A stretch of DNA of 63,726 bases, filler included, from Chiloscyllium plagiosum (Eukaryota), in assembly GCF_004010195.1 (NCBI RefSeq). It is 17 parts of 17 records of this genome, joined end to end, with 100 filler letters (N's around TTAATTAATTAA, not from the genome) between each part and the next. Parts side by side here need not be neighbours in the genome. Positions count along the whole stretch, not along the records: positions 34,210 to 40,051 come from NW_025198974.1; positions 40,152 to 41,917 come from NW_025170179.1; positions 42,018 to 46,344 come from NW_025195137.1; positions 46,445 to 47,642 come from NW_025136883.1; positions 47,743 to 55,319 come from NW_025211241.1; 12 more parts are not named here. One strand, 5' to 3'. Below the pieces are notes generated by a model. The model was given only the letters and a program-made list of their open reading frames with translations, did not search any database and was not told the origin of the DNA. The stretch's first letter is position 1. Every line of letters begins with the position of its first letter. Made by a program: the position numbers and the translations under genes. Shown here in pieces: positions 37,647-51,458 of the stretch.

Positions 37647-40563
37647 CTGCATCAGTTTAAACAGAAGACGGACTGACAGATGTGGAGATTGAGAGAGAGA
37701 CATTCTGAGCCTCTTAGTTATCAGGTTGGAAATCATTCATTCAAACGTCCCTCCAGGACAAAGACTTTCCCACTGCAGGCATAGATGATCTCTCTTTCAC
37801 ACGCGTGTGCGCGCGCACACACACACACACATACACACGCACGTATCGAGACAAACCTCAAGGCGAGCAGTAACATTTCATCACTTTATCAGCAAGAGAG
37901 ACAGAAAAGAGAAAGAGATATTGACTCTTTTCTTTGAACAAACCTCCGAAACAACAAACAGTCCATTGCACACAGATACAGATATAGAGACATACACAAA
38001 CGTAGAAACACATATGATTACACACTAAATACAAACACACGTACTTACAAACGCAAATAGATAGTCAGGAGCAGAGATACAGAACATACAGATAGAGAAG
38101 CAAAAACACAAATACATGGACGCATGTACTCACTGTCTTGGTCTCTCTGACAATCCATCTCTCGAATTTCCCGTGTACAACATTGAAAACGTCAAAATTC
38201 GGAGACAGTTTGAGAGTAGAGTTCATGAAAGGCATTCCCTGGGGGCAGGAGTGTTGATAACTGAGCTCACATTCTCCAGAAAATGTGTCAGTAATTTAGG
38301 AATGAAGTGAGAAACATTGATTCGCACAAAGGATTGTGAAACTTTGCAATTCTAAATGAAATTTGGAATGAATCAACACAACAATTTCACTACCATTACA
38401 AGACATAAATACACATCTTTACTCTTGATGTGAAATGAATGAATCGTGACACTAGGAAAAGAGAGTGGTTTGCTCAGCCAGTCTGTACCATTGCCACAAA
38501 ATTCCACGGTCACTCTGCATTTTATTCTGTCTTTTTCATTATTTCAAATAAACTTGAAATGGACGAGAGAGCAGAAAGGAATAGAAGAAGCAAAGGTATT
38601 CACAGAACAGAGGAAAGTAAGTCTTGGCCAATTAATGATTGCATTGCAAAAGCAAAAGGCAAGTGTCTTCAATGACAATGATATCCAAGCGACAGGATAA
38701 GAAGCGCCCATTCATGAGATATTTAGTATAATCACAGCATAAGTATGTAATAATAATTGCTTCAGATAAGCAAATGTGGACATGAAGTTAACAGTGAGGT
38801 GGCCGAAATCAATTTTCAACTTACTCTGAAACTTTCGATGTAAATACAGATCCTATCTAATGTGCCATGCCAGAACAATACCCAGTGCTCCCTATATGAT
38901 CTAACCAGGGTTTTGAAAAGCAGCAGCCAACCTGACTTTCAATTTTCTCTATTACAGCCACCACAACACGTTGAACGTCGACTGATATAAATTAAGACAT
39001 ACTTGACTTGAAAATTGTCTTAAAATGGACATCAAATTTGAAATCAACTTCTTAAAATCATACATAGAGTTACACAGCACAGTAACGGACCTTTTGGCAA
39101 GCTTTTTCACGCTAAACAGATGACATACATTGATTGTGCTCCATTTGCCAGCATTTGATCGGTATCTCTCTAAACCCTTCCTATTCATGTACCCATCCAA
39201 ATAACTTTTAAATGTCATAATTGTACCCGCCTCCAAAACTTTCCCTGCCAGCTAATTACTTCCATGCACCATCCACACACCTTTTTTATTGCGCTTTTAT
39301 TATTTCACAAAACGTATCAGAGGCCAGACTGTAAACCGAGATTTTGTTGGGTAAGGAAAATGCGTTAATAAACACAAACTCTGCATATGCCCTGAAACTA
39401 CGCGGAATCAAATTTAAAAACATAAGCTTTTATCTCGCAATAACCCCTTTCCATGTCCAGACCGTAGCAATAGGATCATGAGTAATGCAATACCGACTTG
39501 ATCATGAGCCGTAAGTATTGTGAAGGGCGCATGTGCAATAAGGTTACTTGGTCTCTGTCAAATATGAAAGAAAGCAGAATGTGGGAGGATCATTGGAGGT
39601 GGTTTGCGCGAGCGTGGAGCTTTCATAAACACCGAGTGCACACCTCAAACCTCGAAAAAGACACTCATGGTCCTACACTGACAGTGAACTAACCTGAAGC
39701 TATTCTGCCACGTGTCTCAGCGACAAACCCCGACTCATGGTTGACATCTTTTTTGGTGGGACGCAATAGGCAACAGCGTGCGTGCACGCCAATCCTGAGT
39801 TCAGAGAGGAAAGCCATGATTATATATGCAAAATGGACAGGGATGGAGTTTATAAAATCTTTTTGCAGGGGATTTACCCAAGGGGAATTTAAAGCAAGAG
39901 GAATAGTGAAGGAAGACTGGAAGTGCAAAGAAACTCAAGTCAGGTAGAATCATTGGAGGGAAAAGCAGCGAGTCCAACAATGCAGAAGAGTGGCTGAACT
40001 TGAAATGTTAATCCTAATTTACTCTCTACACATGCTGCTGTGCCAGCTACGNNNNNNNNNNNNNNNNNNNNNNNNNNNNNNNNNNNNNNNNNNNNTTAAT
40101 TAATTAANNNNNNNNNNNNNNNNNNNNNNNNNNNNNNNNNNNNNNNNNNNNTCACTAAATATTAAGATAATCCATTTTTAATTTGGGATTTATTCACTTT
40201 CGTTTTCTAAAGGAGCAGTATGGTTCAGTCTGCTCCTTTAAAAAACATTCTGTTCAGTAAAAAAAGTAAAGTTTAATGTGAAAGTTGCCTCCAAGTTTCC
40301 AGCCCACAACAACGGCATTCTGTTCAACTGTCATTGCTGATGGTGACGTCACAACCCAGGCTTCTTCCCACCTTATCTGACTTAATCAGAATACAATATC
40401 CTTTGGTCCATCTTTTTCTGAATCAGCTACTTAGCTCTCCTGCTTTCAGATGCATCATTAATGCCCCAAATGGTGTTTGTTCATGACCAATCAAAGCCTG
40501 CCATTGATGTAACTGGACCTGGATTACACATGGGATGCTTTGTGTTTTAATCTCACCGCTCAC

Positions 40564-40872
40564 CTTTCTCCTTGTGGATGGAGTCTCTCAGCGGAGTCGG
40601 TAGATTCTGATGGTACACCACACATTCAAAAGTAACGCCACTCAGCCAGGCTTCAGTAGAAATGTCTAATTTGCTGATCACGCTGTCGGGATTCTGTCCA
40701 GGCTGCTCAGCAATCTCTGATTTCAGAGGCTTCTTTTCTTGTTTCCAGGTCACATTGACTCCAGAAGGAAGATTGGACACAACGCAGGTTAACGTCACCG
40801 TCGCCTTCAGTAAGACTTGTTCTACTGGCGGTGGGAGGAATTTAACGGTGTTAGGGTGGCACTCGGTATCTT
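40564..40872 (-). CDS. IGHM: IgM CH3 exon
   Basis: 309 bp, open, splice sites intact; flanking introns match the other clusters. Confidence 0.93.
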
Positions 40873-43790
40873 CTATGAAACAAAAATCAAAGTCAATGAA
40901 AAATGCCCCTTTCTGATACAAACAGCCAATCTTCAGATTACTCCTTCACAGGGTGAAGACACCACCTTCAAAATGGCAACTCCAACTATTGCTGAAACGA
41001 TGCTTACGATTGTTGATGTATTTTGAACTGTGAAAGCATTTGTGATTACCCATAACATACCCTGTGTAATTATTCCTAAAGAACACTGGCTTTGTAACAA
41101 GTGAAACCTGTGAAAAAAGTAAAATCTTCGAAGATACCATCATGTAACCCATGGAATGACCTTTCTTTCAGAGTTTGTCTCTCACTTAAGACCATCTATT
41201 GATACTTGTGACAAGAGTAATCTGAATATAATGAATTCATTTCCATGTTCATAACCTTTAGGTGCAAGCGCTGCTGGTCACGCTGACTGCCAAATCACAT
41301 CCCAAATTTTGGAAAAATTATAATAAATAATAATTATTCTCTTTGCAGAGTTCTAAAGTGTTACAGGAGTGGTGAACAGCCAGGGAAATTCTGTTCATTA
41401 TATTTAACATGATCAAAAATACTTTGCGTTATTGGTGTGATGTCATTCTCTAATTTATGTCATTGTTCCTCGTGGGCTGTGTTTGGAGTAGATCTGAAAA
41501 CAAGACATTGAGTACAGCATTGGATATCGAGAAGGACACCCATCTCCTTAAGTCTTTCCCTCCATTCAGTTAGTTCATAACTGGTCTGTACTTTCACTTT
41601 ATTTACCAAGCTGCATTTTTTAATTTCTTCATAGTGCAGGGGAGAAAAAAAAATAAACAAAAGCGTCTTAAATTAATCTACAAACGCGATGGAAATGTCA
41701 CTAATTTTATAGATATCCATTACTCACTGTGTTAACATCGCCACCCCAAACCAGGCTAAATCAGCCTGTTCGAGTTCCTCGTTCATTCATCCCTATTGTA
41801 GCATTCTTACCAGAATTTATTCACCTGCCTCATCCACTAATTACAGAGAGCATCGTAAAGAAGCTCAGTGAGATCACGTTTATTCCAGTTCATCAAATGT
41901 GATAGCCACTTGGTCTGNNNNNNNNNNNNNNNNNNNNNNNNNNNNNNNNNNNNNNNNNNNNTTAATTAATTAANNNNNNNNNNNNNNNNNNNNNNNNNNN
42001 NNNNNNNNNNNNNNNNNTTTTAGCAGATATCCTGCGGAGTTGAGGTGTTATGAGAGCCATGAGCTGGAATAGTAACCTTCACAACCTGAACCAAAAGCGA
42101 AGATAATAATTGATACTATTTAAATTGAGTCTTCAAAAGCCTTGTGTTTGTCGAGAAAGCAAACTGTGTTTGTTCCCATATAGAGGCTTCATTATCATCT
42201 CTTTCCCGGTTGGAAATTTCTCTTTTCATTCGCAGTTATTCCTCCATTATGTAATCCAATCTCGTGAAATGTGCCTTCATGCCTCGTGCGAGTCTTTTGA
42301 ATTAAACACGTTGATCAACTTCATCGAGGAACTTCTGGCCATTTCAAGCGAGGATTCTGGAATCAGACGAGTTGATTGACACTTTTTATTGGTGATGTAT
42401 ATTTTCTGCAGCTCAGCACCTCAAAGCAGGCCCCTCCTCTCTTATTTTGTGCAGCACGTCTGCTGAACAACATCAAATTATCACAATTCCACTTTCTTCA
42501 GAATGAAACCCAAGGCGACAATATGAACCTGTTCAATCTTCAATGTTATGCACAGGATTGAAGGACATTCCATTCGGAACAATTGACACTGCACATTCCT
42601 ACACTAAGTATTTAGGAAAATCAGGCTGATGTGATGCTAGTGCCTCTTTAAGTATCACGTCGAACAACCATTTGTCTTAAATTCTGTGGCCCTGCTTTAT
42701 GGATTCGCACTGAGCAACACCATTGTAAATATTTTGGTAATATCTTCTGCTTTCATGCAGACATACCTATTGTCGTCATGGACTATAGGAACAATTATGA
42801 CATAAGTACTTGTTTTGTAATTGCATTTAAATCTGTTTGGCATTCCAACTTAAAAAGTCAAATGCAAAAAGTGCACAGAGAGCCTGTAGCCAAGTGCATT
42901 TGTGAAAAGCATTTACATCACCACTTGGTCAGCACAGGCATGATGGGCCAAAGGGTCTGTTTCTATGCTGTATTGTTATATGACTGACGATGACTGCTGG
43001 TTCACCCTCTTGACTGAATGAACAAGAAATTATAACATTATTGATAAACAGAAACCGAAAGAGCAGCAGATGCTGAAAATCAGGACCAAAAACAGATGTT
43101 ACTGGAAAAGCTGAGTCGGTATGGCAACAACTGTGAAGAAAGATCTGTGTGAAGGTTTTGGGTCCGGTACTGCGAAGCTTTTGCAGCAACTTCTCTTTTT
43201 GTTCATTACTTTATTGGTCCTGGTGGTACTGAGTTGTCAGGCACTGCAGTGTTTCATTGTACAACCATGTGCTGACACAACTAAGAAGCACTCCCACAAA
43301 CCATCTTTCCAGCTGCCCATCAGAAATTCTCATGACTGTTGACTTCTCAACACGTCATCTCATGTGTGATCCGATCAAAAGGTTTCACCTCTTCTGTAAC
43401 AAAATGGTTTTGCTGACTAACTCCTGAGGGATGCCACGTCCCTCGTGGATCCTCTATTCTGCAGAACCACTTCACTGCATCCAAAGCCCAGAGTCAGGAA
43501 CTTTACTTTTGTGACTCGCTACCAAAATAGGATTTTGTTTCTCTCACTTATCGCCAGAGGGAGAAGAGTAACCCGATCGTGTATATGCAGCTTAAATATC
43601 CAGATGTGATTTGCTGACAAAGAATNNNNNNNNNNNNNNNNNNNNNNNNNNNNNNNNNNNNNNNNNNNNNNNNNNNNNNNNNNNNNNNNNNNNNNNNNNN
43701 NNNNNNNNNNNNNNNNNNNNNNNNNNNNNNNNNNNNNNNNNNNNNNNNNNNNNNNNNNNNNNNNNNNNNNNNNNNNNNNNNNNNNNNNNN

Positions 43791-44392
43791 GCAGATGCTG
43801 GAGATCAGAGCTTAAAAATGTGTTGCTGGAAAAGCGCAGCAGCTCAGGCAGCATCAAAGGAGAAGGAGAATCGACGTTTCGGACATAAGCACTTCTTCAG
43901 GAATGAGGAGATGTGCCAAGCAGGCTAAGATAAAAGGTAGGCAGGAGGGACTTGGGGGAGGGGCGTTGGGAATGCGATAGGTGGGAAGAGGTTAAGGTGA
44001 GGGTGATAGGCCGGAGAGGGGGTGGGGGCGGATAGGTCGGGAACACGATTGCAGGCCAAGAAGGCGGTGCTGAGTTCTGAGGGCTGGGACTGAGAAAGGA
44101 GAAATGAGGAAGATGGAGAAATCTGCATTCATCCCTTGTGGTTAGAGGGTTCCTAGACGGAAGATGAGTCGCTCTTCCTCCAGGCGTCGTGTTGCCATGG
44201 TCTGGCGATGGAGGAGGCCAAGGACCTGCATGTCCTTGGCGGAATGGGAGGGGGAGTTAAAATGTTCAGCCACGGGGCGGTTGGGTTGGTTGTTGCGGGT
44301 GTCCCAGAGGTGTTCTATGAAACGTTCCGCAAGTAGGCGGCCTGTCTCCCCAATGTATAGGAGGCCACATCGGGTGCAGCGGAGGCAGTAAT
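43791..44392 (-). mobile_element. Penelope-like element 3' end with GIY-YIG endonuclease remnant
   Basis: YCLRCTRCGLLYIGETGRLLAERFIEH...PVAEHFNSPSH...RRLEEERLIFRLGTL*PQGMN at about 44120-44391. Confidence 0.85.
43869..43904 (-). ncRNA. Minimal hammerhead ribozyme motif (degenerate stem II)
   Basis: AUUC-CUGAAGA-A-GUGC(UUAU)GUCC-GAAA-CGUC-GAUU, with a palindromic ACGU stem III and a GUC triplet. Confidence 0.55.
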
Positions 44393-44753
44393 GATCATTA
44401 TTCTAAACTTTCATTATGTGAATCCTGTGGCAAGTTATTCTCTCAATCTGAATGCTGCAGTTCCGTTTTACTGGAGAGTTTTGCTGGATCAAACATAGTT
44501 GTTGAATTTTCCATAGCAGCTCATCGCTACCACTGCATTTTCAAACATCATGAAATGCACAAAAAGGTGGGGTTTTTTTTGTTGTTTTACATTCAAGCAA
44601 CTATTTGTTCATTTCAATGATGGATTTGTAATAATTAAAGCTTTGTGTCCGAATGACCAGTATCAGATATCACTGTGAGCTCGAGAATCGCTTCAGATAT
44701 ACCCCGATCTCACTGTTTGCTGAACAGGCTAACATGTATAGTGATGCTGTTCG

Positions 44754-44792
44754 AATGTTTGTACAAGGTTAGCCCAGTTCTCATTCTGTGTG
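44754..44792 (-). other. 23-bp-spacer RSS, non-consensus
   Basis: CACACAG-23-ACAAACATT. Confidence 0.8.
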
Positions 44793-45211
44793 AGACGCAG
44801 TGCGCAGTAATACACTGCAGAGTCTGTTAGTTCTGCATTCAACACATTCAGTTTGATAGTGCGGTTCGCAGGATCAAAATTCCAAGAAGGCCGGTCCAGT
44901 AGGAAACTCCCCATTTTCTCATTATATTGGTTTTTCTGCAGCAGAAACTGCAAGGATCCGTTGGAAGTTTGACGGTACCAGTACAGGTCAGGATTGCTGC
45001 TTATTGTAGTGTAACTACAAAACAGCAGCACATCTTCCCCCTCATTCAGTTTGAATGCAGCCGGTGTTTGTGAGACAGAATCGCCACGGCAAAGTCCTGG
45101 AAAAGCCAGGAGTTATGCAAAATTAAATAAGGAACGACAATATATTTATCGTCCACAATTCGCCCATGTACGAGAAATAAATGAGGGAAGTTCAATTATA
45201 TTCCACTTCAT
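44793..45211 (-). CDS. TCR alpha/delta-type V (family 1): short leader 45172-45211 and V exon 44793-45096
   Basis: CCAG| LCRGDSVSQTP...LLFCSYT...LYWYRQ...DSAVYYCALRL, open. The leader is shortened by a 15-bp deletion relative to the paralog at 54607. Confidence 0.85.
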
Positions 45212-47164
45212 ATGGGGTGATCATTTCCCATTTCATCTCGCGAAAACTGTAGGGGAACATGAAAACAGTTGGTGGATATAAAAAAAATCTCCCCTCTGTC
45301 GAATCATCTGAATGGCCTTAGTCCTGTCTGGGTTTCCAGCCTAAGTCTTCCACTGCATTCGCTCGTGGGCATTCACTAATTTCTCCCAAATTCTTCTCAT
45401 TGTTGTGGCAAATTGAGATCCAAATGGTTTTTATTTGGGAGAATGTATTGTTGCTAATATGTTGCGCAAAGTGCTTGAATAAAATGCAATTCTCAGCAAA
45501 GAACTGAAACACATACATAGACAATTGTTCAGCCTACCAGTTCGAAGAGCTGCAGTTTTAAGAAGTAAACCCAGAGCTCCTGGCAACATGTTTGCAGAGA
45601 ATTCACGGTGAATGTGAGCAGAATTGTCTGAAGCTAAAGTGGTTCTCGTCAAGAGTTGGGTAATTCAGGTTGAATAATTTCCGGATCTCTGCTCGTTGGA
45701 CAATCTTTGGAAAGACATCATGTCAAAGCCAATGAGCATCAGGGTCCTTTATTCTTCATTTCAGCCAATAAGCTTCAAGCTCTTTTGAACCTAACTTTAT
45801 ATTAAGGCTGATGTGATAAAGCAACAAAGTTCTAAATAAGAGTTGCTCGACCCGAAAGGTTCACTCAGCTTTCTCTTCACAGTTGCTGCCAGACCTGCGA
45901 GATTCTCCAGTTGTTTGTTTTTGTATCGGATTTCCAGCAACTGCAGTTCTTTGCTAATTTGTTTCACCAATGCTAGTGATTAGAAGCAGGTAGATCTCGT
46001 TGACTATGTGATCCTTCGTTGGGATTGTTAAATTGATGGAGACCTGGGCAATTGGTTTGAACAACAGATGTTAAGACTCCTCACTTCAGGAACAGAATCC
46101 AAACTGGTTTGCCACGGCCAGTGTAATGTCCACATATAAATGAAGCGTGACTTAGTGATGGAATGTCAGCCTCTGTGCAGTTATTTCAGGAGTAAATTAA
46201 ATTAATTCATCTACAAACAAGGGCGTGGGCAGACATTAAACCAAACGTCCCATATCGATTAATATTTCTGTAAGCAAATACAGAAAATGGAATTAGTTCA
46301 TGCTGTTCGAATACCAGAACCGTGGAACACCAGTTAACAAAGATNNNNNNNNNNNNNNNNNNNNNNNNNNNNNNNNNNNNNNNNNNNNTTAATTAATTAA
46401 NNNNNNNNNNNNNNNNNNNNNNNNNNNNNNNNNNNNNNNNNNNNTTCACACACCCTTTCCCTGAGGCTTCAGCTCGGACCATTTCCAAAGCACACACGAG
46501 AGAGAGACTGAATCTTCTTCATCTTTATAACCCTTTTACAGATTGATATTGACAGAAAACAGACTGCAATTAACAGCCCAGACAGAGGAAGCTGCACAAA
46601 TTCACAGCCACAATGGAGCTTGAGGAAAACAGTTGTGGAGATTTTCTCAATAACCTGAGAATCCTGTCCCTTTAAACAGTGACAAAACCTTAAACTGGAA
46701 CTGGCGGCTGAGCAGGAAGGAGATCTGGTTTACTGAAGCAGAGACTTCTGAGGTTCACATTGTTTTTGTACAGCAGACAGTCTTCAGTATCTTTGAAAGA
46801 TAATGCTTGGTATTACAGGTCAGCACCATCCCCATCAAACAGTCCCCCTGGACAGGGACAGAATAGGGTTAGATACAGAGTATCACCCTTTCCATACTGT
46901 TCCCACGAAAGACACCCATGACAGTGACAGGATAAGATACAGAATAAAGCTGTCTCCACACGGTCCTCTTCAAAACCCCCCAGGACAGGGACAGCACTAG
47001 GTTGGGTACAGAGTGAAGCTCTCTCTACAGTGTCACAGTAACCTGCCTTAACGCCTGCACCTCAGAAGTGTCCCCGAGGCCAGTTCTGACAATTACCTTT
47101 GTCCTGCCAGATCAGCCCTGTTCTATTTAAAGTTGTGCCTCCTCTGTGGACAGTCTCCAACACT

Positions 47165-47492
47165 ATACACACGTTCTAATCTCCTGATGCTCTTGCTGAG
47201 GGGAGAGGAGAGGGTCATGTGGGTGAGGGCACAGGAGAAGCGAGCGTTGGACTCCCAGTCAGACCCAGAGAGGGTCAGCAGGCTGCTGACACTGTAGGTG
47301 CTGTCCGAAGCTCGCAGGTAGTTGCTGGTCTGAACCCCGTCCGAAATGACTGCACCGTCCTTCTTCCACTGCACCTCCAGCTCATCGGGATAGAAGTGAT
47401 TGGCAAGGCACACCAGGGTGGCAGTGCCCTTGGCATTGACCTGCTCCCGGGAGGGGGCAGCAGGGTCAGCTTGGGCTGAGAGTTCTAATGGC
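47165..47492 (-). pseudogene. IGKC: Ig kappa constant pseudogene
   Basis: In-frame TAG at the third codon, a 1-nt deletion in the LLPPSP C-run, and loss of the terminal Cys and stop (RRLERVY). Confidence 0.9.
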
Positions 47493-48702
47493 CTGAAAGA
47501 CAAGAGAAACAATTTTAATTCCTACAATTTGAAGGGATTTCAACTCTTCAGACATTAACTGGCAAAAGCATCAGTTTGAACTTTTGTATCCAATACCTAG
47601 CAAACCCAGCAAAAGAATGGACATTTATTAAAATTCATTTTTNNNNNNNNNNNNNNNNNNNNNNNNNNNNNNNNNNNNNNNNNNNNTTAATTAATTAANN
47701 NNNNNNNNNNNNNNNNNNNNNNNNNNNNNNNNNNNNNNNNNNGGGAGTTCTGCTAGACAGAACATACCTGTTGTTTGGAAGCCACAGCAATGCAGGAGGA
47801 TTCTCTTCATGAAGAAGACTCCGTGTAATCAGCGATCCATCCTCCACCCTCTTCGCAGTCACACTGACTGAACTGTGGACCCCTGAGCAGAGGTCATATC
47901 TGTGGTTTGGTTTGATTCAGAAGGCAGCAGAAAGAACCCTCAATCAATGCCTCATCGCCAGGACCTTCCAACGAGCACCAAGCCATGGCTTGGCTGGTGG
48001 TGAGAAGGGCTCTGCCGGTGAGATCCTTTATGCACGCCCGGACTCTCAGCAGCACCGCACGCTGCCCCCGAAGCGGCTGCGGGGGGGACGAGACTGTCAC
48101 ACACCTCCTTCTGGAATGTGCCTATGCAGAGGAATTCTGGAGGGGAATGCAGTAGTGTTTGTCGAGGTTCGGCCCACGCAGTCATTTGGGGTCTGCTGAT
48201 GCCTCAGCTAAATATATGGACATATGCTTGATACACGTACAGACCTGAAAATACAAATGATAAATTCTGATCTCCTCATATAACTGTTTACGTATCTATG
48301 GCATGACCAACTGTACAGACCACCAAAATTATTTTATGAATAAAGTATATTTTTGAAATAAAAAAAATATAATGATTAGCTCCATCTTCCTGGTTCTGCT
48401 GACAATCCAACGCTGAGAAGGAGTCTCACATCGGATCAGTTTGAACAACCACACGGTTTCAAAGTACACATCGACAATTTCAATGCATTTCTGTCATTGC
48501 ACTGAGAGTAATCGCTGTGTGGAAGAAAGCATTGGTTGCCATGCAGGAGGAAGGCATTCTGACATCGTTGGACGGTGCGAATAAATGTGAAATGCACAGT
48601 CTCACCTGTTCACAGTGTTTTCCCGGGAAGGACGACAGACCTGTTCTCATTGAGCACAATCCTGTGAAGCGTAATGAGTGAACGTCGCAATTACATGTAC
48701 AG

Positions 48703-48719
48703 GCCACTAGAGGGCAGTG
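48703..48719 (+). promoter_or_regulatory. Candidate CTCF site upstream of TCR V
   Basis: GCCACTAGAGGGCAGTG, about 283 bp before the ATG at 48986. Confidence 0.7.
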
Positions 48720-48985
48720 CGAATCTGTGATCAATATTAAAAATGAGGGCTGGAGGAGGAGTGACCTTCCAGACATTGTGAGCAACGGGCAATGTGAGAG
48801 GCTTATGACAGAAACATAAACCAAGGCTCAGCTTCTTCTGCAACTTTAACAGGAAGGCAGTTCAGAGTTAGACATAAAGCATGCATTATTCCAGTTGTGT
48901 ACGCTTATAAAAATAACATTTGTATCTGATTCCTCACCAGAGCTCCGTGGAAAATTGCGTTCACCACTGTCCTTGCAATTTGATA

Positions 48986-49321
48986 ATGTTCTAAATTTGC
49001 AAAATCCTCCTGATGTTTTCCACTCTGATGGCCACGGAGGTGACTGGAAAAGATGAAGTGAAGCAACTTCCCCCGTTGGATAGTTGTTAGTGAAATGGGA
49101 ATTGTGTCCATGAATTGCTCTTTTGCCAGTACAGCAACCAACGTGCGTTGGTATAGACAGCTCCCGAATCAGCCACCCCAGCTTCAGGTGATGGCTAAAA
49201 GAGACGATGATCAGCCCTAAGAGGATCGCCGCTTCAATCAGTGGAGATTACAAAACCAGTACCCTGACTGTCAAAGACACCAGACTTAATGACACCGCCA
49301 CCTACCTCTGTGCAATGAAGG
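48986..49321 (+). pseudogene. TCR alpha/delta-type V pseudogene (family 2, single-exon leader-V)
   Basis: ATG TTC TAA at 48986-48994; frameshift and stop at 49218-49220; ends DTATYLCAMK. RSS CACAGTG-23-ACGAAAACC at 49322-49360. Confidence 0.87.
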
Positions 49322-50446
49322 CACAGTGTCGCAAACAGGTGGACGGCGTGTACGAAAACCTGCATGGAGTGGGAGTTCCAATACGTTGATTTTGCAGTAT
49401 CTGTGTTACTAATTCTGTGCCCCAAAAGCCGAGATATGAGAAATGAGAACAAAATTCACCAGAAAGCATGGAACAGCTTAAGTTAAAGATGGTCAGCGGT
49501 GAAGACAATTACATATGCAGATGGGGGGTGAAGGAAGTGTATACTTGCACATCAGAAAAAAGATAGAGAAAAAAGGAAAGTATAGAGATACTTCAACAAT
49601 GCTTGCATTGGGCAGTATGTTGGGAAGCTGTTGAAGAAGAACTGGAAGTAAGTGAAAAATAACAAGCATGATGCGCAGAGTTTAAAGGTCAGCTTAAATC
49701 ACGATAAAAGGAAACATGAAGAAAATATGATAGATTTTCTTTGGAAATAATGTTACCATCACTGAATACCCACTGTCAACGTTCTGGGGGATATAATGAC
49801 CAATAACTTAACAGGACTCACCACATAAACACAATGGGTACAAGAGCAGGTCAGAGGTTCGGATTACAGTGGAGAGTAACGTACTTCCTGATTCCCTCAA
49901 GAATGCCCACCATTTACAAGGCGCAAGTTAGGAGTGTGATGGAATTCTCTCTAACAGCCTGAATGAGTGCACCCCAACAATACTCAAGAAACTTGACACC
50001 AACCAAGGCAAAGCAGCCTTTTAGATTATCACAGCATCCAAAGGCATCCACCCCTTTCCCTGCTGACACTCAGTGTGCACAACCCGCAGGTTTCACTGCT
50101 GAGGTTTTCCAAGGATTCTCAGCCAATACCTTGCACACCCACGACCATTTCCACAAGGGCCAGGCGATATATGGGAACACCACCACATTCAAGTTCCCGT
50201 CGATGCCACTCATCATCTTCACTTGGAAATCTATCGACGTTCCTTCGCTGTTGCTCGGTGAAAATCCAGGAAATCCCTCACTAATGGCATTATGTGTCCA
50301 CACACAACACGTGTGCTGCAGGGGTTCAAGAAGGCAGCTCGCTACAAACTCCTTAACGTGGCCGAGGAATGGGCAATAAATGCTGACCAGTCAGCGACAC
50401 CCACGTCTCACAAACAAATTAAAAAAACAGGCTTAACAGTCTAACC

Positions 50447-50700
50447 ATAGAATCCCTACAGTACGGCAGCAGGCCATTGGAACCATCGTGTCTCTGAAGA
50501 ACCTCACACCCAGACTATTCCTGCATCTTCTCTGGCTAATTCACCTCGCCTTCCACGTTTGGACTGGGGCTGGATTCCAGAGCACCCGCACGAAACTCAC
50601 GCAGACACAGGGAAAATGTGCAGACTGTCACCTGAGGCTGAAATCAAACCAGGGTCTTTGGTGCTGTTGGGCAGGAGTCCTCACCACTGAGCCACAATGA
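50447..50700 (-). mobile_element. V-SINE (HE1-like), decayed; duplicated at about 52975-53260
   Basis: TGGCTCAGTGG A box and V-core remnants on the minus strand. Confidence 0.65.
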
Positions 50701-51441
50701 CATCGTCTCTGGCATGTTTCCTGGGGATTCATGATTTGGTATTGCTTCAACTCATAAATTGTGCATTTTCTGGTGCTGCAAATTTAAAAGAGATCTCATC
50801 AGATTATGCATTAGTCACACTCACTGGAGCAGGTGGTAACCTCGTCTTCTTGTGGACTCTTGGAATCATCATCAGCACTTACCTTCCCATTTATATTTGT
50901 GTCATCTGTAAACATAGCAGGATTTGCATCTCACGTTGATGTCTATCCTCTTACACCATTCCCATTCAGATGACGGAAGCGTTTACCATATTGTGTTTTT
51001 TCCTTTTGAAACATTTGGTAGTCCTTCATGGGAGTGACGAGCAATGCTGACATCTATCTCTAACTGTCCAGAACAATGTGGCCATGAGCCATTAACTTGA
51101 CAAACTGCAGTGCATCTGATATAGATGTAGGAGTTACATTTACAATAAGATAAAGTAAAATTAAATAAATGTGATTACAATATATCTTCCCAGTAAATGC
51201 AGCAAAGCAACATACAATTCTACTGTTTCATTCACAAAAATTGCCTTGAGGATTAAAGGTTTGGTTACGATTCAGGAGGAACATCGTCTGAAATCTTTGG
51301 ATGCTGCAAATGAAATTGAAATGCAGATTCTCAGCTGCTCACAGTGTTCTACTGGGAAGGAGGACATGTCTGCTTTCATTGAGCAGTATCGCGTGAAGTA
51401 TAATTGTAGCGAGGCTGTGAATGTCGCAATTATTTGTACTT

Positions 51442-51458
51442 GCCACTAGATGGCGGTG
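51442..51458 (+). promoter_or_regulatory. Candidate CTCF site upstream of TCR V
   Basis: GCCACTAGATGGCGGTG, about 282 bp before the ATG at 51724. Confidence 0.7.
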
